Positions 58,685-62,362 of a stretch of DNA of 62,362 bases are shown here, in pieces. The position numbers were made by a program, and so were the translations under genes. The DNA is from a virus (lineage: Duplodnaviria > Caudoviricetes), in IMG/VR virus record IMGVR_UViG_3300009146_000015, positions 1 to 62,362 of that record. One strand, given 5' to 3'. The notes beneath the pieces were generated by a model that saw nothing but the letters and a program-made list of their open reading frames with translations, searched no databases and was not told the DNA's origin. The stretch's first letter is position 1; each line of letters begins with the position of its first letter.

Positions 58685-61600
58685 TCACCGGGCGTTGTAG
58701 ACGCCTTGAGCCCTCTCTAGCACATAACGGTTGGCCCGGGTCGGCCGAACACCGCTTTCCATCTCCTCAATTTCCGACGACCGCCGGCTGGTGTAGGCCC
58801 TCAACGCAGCATTAGTCAGCTGTGCATCCTTCGGCTTACCGCGATTGAAGCGCTCGATCCGGCCTCGCATGCGGACACGCTCTCTGGATGAAGCGTCAGC
58901 CCATGCCCGCTGCAGCTCTCCCCGCTCCTTGTTGATGGCAGTCTGGCTGGCGTAGAACTGCGCCTTGAGATCCTGATCCTCGGCCTCGCGTTCCGGTGTG
59001 GCACCGAGCACCCGGATGAACATCTCCGAGAACGAATAGGGATCCATCGACGGGCGACCGGTGCGGGTCTCCTTGCCGAACGCACCAACGTCAACGGCTT
59101 TAATCAGATCCTTCAGCGCCTTGACCGGCGCCAGTTTCGGCAGCGCTGCCGAATAGTCACCGTCGATCAGCTCCCGTGCCCCTTGCCCGTAGTCGTAAAG
59201 CATCATCCCGGGCGCGCCGATCAGCATGTCCTGCAGCCAATTCTTGACGTCCTCGGGATCGCCGGAAGTCGGCTCGCGGGCAAGGAACATGTCGGCCATG
59301 CCGACGCGCTGCGACATGTCGAACGCCAGCCCGAACGGCAGGGCGCGGGTGATGCCACGGGTGACGACTTCACCCAGGTCGGGCCCTAGCAGGTCCGCTG
59401 CCAGTTCACGTTCGGCATTCTCGAAGTCCTGCCAGCTGAACGGCACGCCCAGCATCTGCAGTCCGAGGACCATCGCCTTGATCGGCTCTGTCGGCAGCCC
59501 GAGCGTGCCGGCCATCAGAGTGTGAGTGGCGGCGATATAGGCCAGCGACTTCAGCGCCTCGGCGCGATCGCCGGGGCTCTCGTTGCGCCACGCCCGGCCA
59601 ATCTGTTGACCGAGCAGCTGGTACATGGCGTGACCGAAGCGCTTGAACTGGAACGTCACCTTGAGCAGCGGGTGATTGAACAGTCGGGGTGCGTTAACCT
59701 CCGAATAATTGAAGTTGGTCATGTTGTTGGTGTCGTCGGCGTACTGCAGCGCGGCTTCGTGGTTGCCGCCATTGGCCGCGTACTCGAGCCGATATGCGGC
59801 GAGCAGGACGGCAGCGCGGTTGATCGCCTCGGCCGACGACGGCATCTGCCGGGTGATCTGCTCCAGCCAGTTGAGCGCGGTATCGGTTGCTTCCAGCGAT
59901 TTCGCAGCGACGCCACCCTGCGGCCGGCGCAGCCGCTGCCGTTTGGAAATCTCCAGTCCGCCGCGGAAGTCGAGGAACTGGAAGACCTCAGCCTCGCGTT
60001 CGAGTATACCCGCGCGACTGGTTAGGTCCTCGATGAAGGTGGCGCTTTCGGCATCCGGATTTTTCGCCTTCTTCCACGTCTCAACGGCCCCACGCTTGGC
60101 CATGTCGAGCGCGCCAATATCCTTGTAAGCCTTGCCAAACGCCCGCACCGTCGGCGCTACCTTGTGGCGAGCAGCAACCACCGGCATCGACACCATGCTG
60201 ACCTGCATCAGGTTCATGATGGTGTACATCGGCGAGCCGAGCCGAGCGACGAACGAAGCGGTAAGGATGCGGGATACGAATGGCGAGTACCACTGGCTGT
60301 CGTGGACAAAGCCGTTGCCCTTGTCGACGCGCTTGACGACTTCGTTCCAGATCGCCCGCCGCCCGAGCGCCCCGGCACGATGACCAGCGTCGATCGACTG
60401 CTGGCCGTCACGCATGACCTGGTTGAGCTCCTGCGCGTGCTCCAGACGGGCGAGGTAGCTGGCCGTACTGTCAGCGTAGTCGATCATCGCCCGGGTGATA
60501 TCCAGCGACGCGCCGCTGACGCTGCGGCGTGCGATCCGGCGCTTGTGGACGCGGGTCGAGCTCATCATCTGCAGCCCGAACTCCTGCGCCGCCAGACGGA
60601 GCTGGTTCTGCATCTCCTTGGGCATATCCTTGTAGCCCTGCCGCTTCTCCAGCGACTTGATCATCAGGCTGACGTCGGCAGACGAGATGTCGATGCCGCG
60701 GTCGCCGGGCGACCACTGGCGCTCCTGCACACCCTCGACGCTCTCAACGTCGGGGTCACTCTCCAGCTCATGGGCTTCCCGGAGCGCCGTCGCCTTGTCA
60801 TCGAAGAACTCGACGTGGTCCTCCTGCACCTCGGTGCGGAACACCCGGACAGCGCCGGGGTCCTTCATCGTGATCTTGACGCGGCTGCCCGGTGCCTCGC
60901 TGTCGTCAGGCAGAATGTCCCAGCTCTCGCCGGTTTTCTCGTCGACGGTGGTGCCGCTGACCCAGGCTTTTTCCTTGGTCGCAGCGGCGTATTCCATCGC
61001 CCGCTCGCGGGCGTCCTTGCCGCGGAACTCGTAGACGTTGGTGGTACCCTCCTTGAGCGTCCCCTTGAGCCGGGCAGCGGGCGCGGCAACCTTGAGCTTG
61101 GCCCGCACCACCCACTTGCCGCGCCGCATCAGCGGGAAGTACGGCCCGAGCATATGGTAGAGCTCCTTGGCCCGGACGATCCGGGTCAAAAGCTCGGGGT
61201 TGCCCTTGAACAGCGCCTTGTCGGCGTCGGTCATCTCCTTGCCGAGGATGCGATCGACCAGCCCCTCGTCGATATCCTTAGCGTCGATCTCGCCGCGGAA
61301 GCCCTCGACCAGCATGTTGTGCACCAGAAGGTGCGACATCAGGAACTGGCGCTCGCGCATGAAGTCATGCAGGTCGTGGCGGAGCTCGTCGAGATACGGC
61401 GCTGCGTCGATAATCTCGGCATACTCGCGCGACAGCTCGGCATACTTGGCCCGCGCCTGCACCCCCTTCAGCGTCGGATTGCCAACCGGGTCCTTGCCAA
61501 GATGCGTCTGGGCGGCAAGCGGCTGGTCGACGAAGACGTTGGCGTTGGTCTCATCGTTGATCAGCTGGGCGAACCGCGACCACATCTCACGCCCGGCCCG

Positions 61601-62305
61601 CTTCTCGGCATGCACCATGCGGTCGATCAGCGCCTCGGCCATCTTCTGATTACGATTGGTCTGCCGGATGATGTTGGTCAGGATCCGGTAAACCCGCCGC
61701 ACCGGGTTGTCCTTGCTTCTCCAGTAGCGGTCGGCAGTGCGGGCGAGCTGATCGAGCCCCGCCAGCATCAGCGCCTTGGGCACCCGCATCTGCTCCTGCC
61801 GGCCCTCGCCCGTGTAGCTCTCGTAGATATCGCGAGTGACGCGCCTCGCGGTCTCACGTGGTGAAATCTTAGCGTGGACAGTGACCTCGCTGTCCCGCGC
61901 TGCCGCTGCCGCCGTCTCCGCTTTGGCGGTCAGGCGTTCGGTGGCATGCATCACCGCGTCGAGCACCGACAGATCGTTGCCAAGCTTGCCGATGGTCTTA
62001 CTTACGAAAGTAACAAATGCCTGCCACGCGTCCGCCAGCGTGCCGCGCTTGATCCCCAGCTGCCGTGCCATCCGCTTCGACAGCGGGGTGCCGGCAAGCA
62101 GCTCCTGGAATGCCGGGTTGCTCATCGCTTCGGCGACGAACTCGAACACGTCGTTGAAGCCGTAGTGCTTGGACGGATCGACGATGCCGTGGTGGCGGAT
62201 AACGTCGCCCATCAGGGTCTCAAGATAGGCCCGCAGGCGCGGATCGCGCTTGATCCCGGCGATTGTCGCTCCGTGCACGAACTCGTGGAGGATGCTCTCG
62301 GTGAC
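58685..62305 (-). CDS. C-terminal ~1,200 aa of the same giant protein; zincin HExxH motif and a helical C-terminal region resembling LPD-type domains
   Basis: ILHEFVHGAT followed by EFVAEAMSNPAFQ, typical of the MPTase zincin domain in phage polyvalent proteins. Confidence 0.75.
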   Translation of the reverse strand, partial: VTESILHEFVHGATIAGIKRDPRLRAYLETLMGDVIRHHGIVDPSKHYGFNDVFEFVAEAMSNPAFQELLAGTPLSKRMARQLGIKRGTLADAWQAFVTFVSKTIGKLGNDLSVLDAVMHATERLTAKAETAAAAARDSEVTVHAKISPRETARRVTRDIYESYTGEGRQEQMRVPKALMLAGLDQLARTADRYWRSKDNPVRRVYRILTNIIRQTNRNQKMAEALIDRMVHAEKRAGREMWSRFAQLINDETNANVFVDQPLAAQTHLGKDPVGNPTLKGVQARAKYAELSREYAEIIDAAPYLDELRHDLHDFMRERQFLMSHLLVHNMLVEGFRGEIDAKDIDEGLVDRILGKEMTDADKALFKGNPELLTRIVRAKELYHMLGPYFPLMRRGKWVVRAKLKVAAPAARLKGTLKEGTTNVYEFRGKDARERAMEYAAATKEKAWVSGTTVDEKTGESWDILPDDSEAPGSRVKITMKDPGAVRVFRTEVQEDHVEFFDDKATALREAHELESDPDVESVEGVQERQWSPGDRGIDISSADVSLMIKSLEKRQGYKDMPKEMQNQLRLAAQEFGLQMMSSTRVHKRRIARRSVSGASLDITRAMIDYADSTASYLARLEHAQELNQVMRDGQQSIDAGHRAGALGRRAIWNEVVKRVDKGNGFVHDSQWYSPFVSRILTASFVARLGSPMYTIMNLMQVSMVSMPVVAARHKVAPTVRAFGKAYKDIGALDMAKRGAVETWKKAKNPDAESATFIEDLTSRAGILEREAEVFQFLDFRGGLEISKRQRLRRPQGGVAAKSLEATDTALNWLEQITRQMPSSAEAINRAAVLLAAYRLEYAANGGNHEAALQYADDTNNMTNFNYSEVNAPRLFNHPLLKVTFQFKRFGHAMYQLLGQQIGRAWRNESPGDRAEALKSLAYIAATHTLMAGTLGLPTEPIKAMVLGLQMLGVPFSWQDFENAERELAADLLGPDLGEVVTRGITRALPFGLAFDMSQRVGMADMFLAREPTSGDPEDVKNWLQDMLIGAPGMMLYDYGQGARELIDGDYSAALPKLAPVKALKDLIKAVDVGAFGKETRTGRPSMDPYSFSEMFIRVLGATPEREAEDQDLKAQFYASQTAINKERGELQRAWADASSRERVRMRGRIERFNRGKPKDAQLTNAALRAYTSRRSSEIEEMESGVRPTRANRYVLERAQGVYNAR
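62282..62305 (+). repeat. 24-bp direct repeat, right copy (circular junction)
   Basis: Identical to 173-196; followed by a low-complexity A/C-rich tail. Confidence 0.95.
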
Positions 62306-62362
62306 CGCCTCGACATCCACAAAAAACAAAAGACAGAGCAGCAACAACAAAAACACACCAGA

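Larger units (their letters stand above)
3092..62014. repeat. Dispersed palindromic motif family NTTAC-N8(7)-GTAAN, consensus GTTACTTTNNAAAGTAAC, at least 34 copies
   Basis: 18-bp copies start at 3092, 5980, 9447, 12746, 18110, 20019, 22699, 24575, 29195, 29231, 30306, 30854, 31759, 32329, 32764, 34173, 37207, 38445, 40923, 42932, 44325, 45724, 48718, 50015, 51449, 54010, 58218, 61997; 17-bp copies start at 27290, 30192, 33426, 35911, 39555, 56652. Confidence 0.92.
173..62305. mobile_element. Near-complete dsDNA tailed phage genome (podovirus-like), circularly permuted
   Basis: Portal, capsid, terminase, tail, lysis and replication genes are all present; the 24-bp terminal repeat allows in-frame circularisation; no tape-measure, tube or sheath genes recognised. 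Confidence 0.93.

Noticed and set aside
3092-62014. Palindromes as CRISPR repeats or integron attC sites
   Set aside because: They are dispersed at kb scale with no spacer-sized periodicity; their orientation (GTT...AAC) and size do not fit attC; several lie inside essential genes; no Cas operon or integrase is present.
62306-62362. Apparent signal peptide MFLLLLLCLLFF at the start of the 1,223-aa ORF
   Set aside because: It derives from the low-complexity tail outside the junction repeat; the real N-terminus comes from 4666-173.

Overview
The window is essentially one complete, circularly permuted, GC-rich tailed-phage genome with podovirus-type architecture. The host is probably an alphaproteobacterium (inference from BA14K-like and OmpR/CtrA-type wHTH genes and CTTGAC promoters). 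A 24-bp direct repeat at 173-196 and 62282-62305 closes the circle inside a ~2,700-aa giant virion gene, and the short flanks outside it look non-phage. The minus strand carries the late module: portal, scaffold, capsid, adaptors, two tail fibres, nozzle, three ejection-type proteins, amidase endolysin, a Tad2/DUF2829-like protein and a collagen-RTX protein. The plus strand carries the terminases, a cluster of small early genes, a MoxR-type AAA ATPase with a VWA-metallopeptidase partner, and a replication module (PolA, PD-(D/E)XK nuclease, VRR-NUC, SNF2 helicase, SSB-like protein, primase-helicase). No integrase, RNA polymerase, tRNA or CRISPR array was seen. The most striking unexplained signal is a palindrome, (G)TTAC-N8(7)-GTAA(C), found by eye at least 34 times. 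It is spread over the whole genome at about 1-4 kb spacing, fills intergenic gaps and is also written into coding sequence. All product calls come from motif recognition; no database searches were run.
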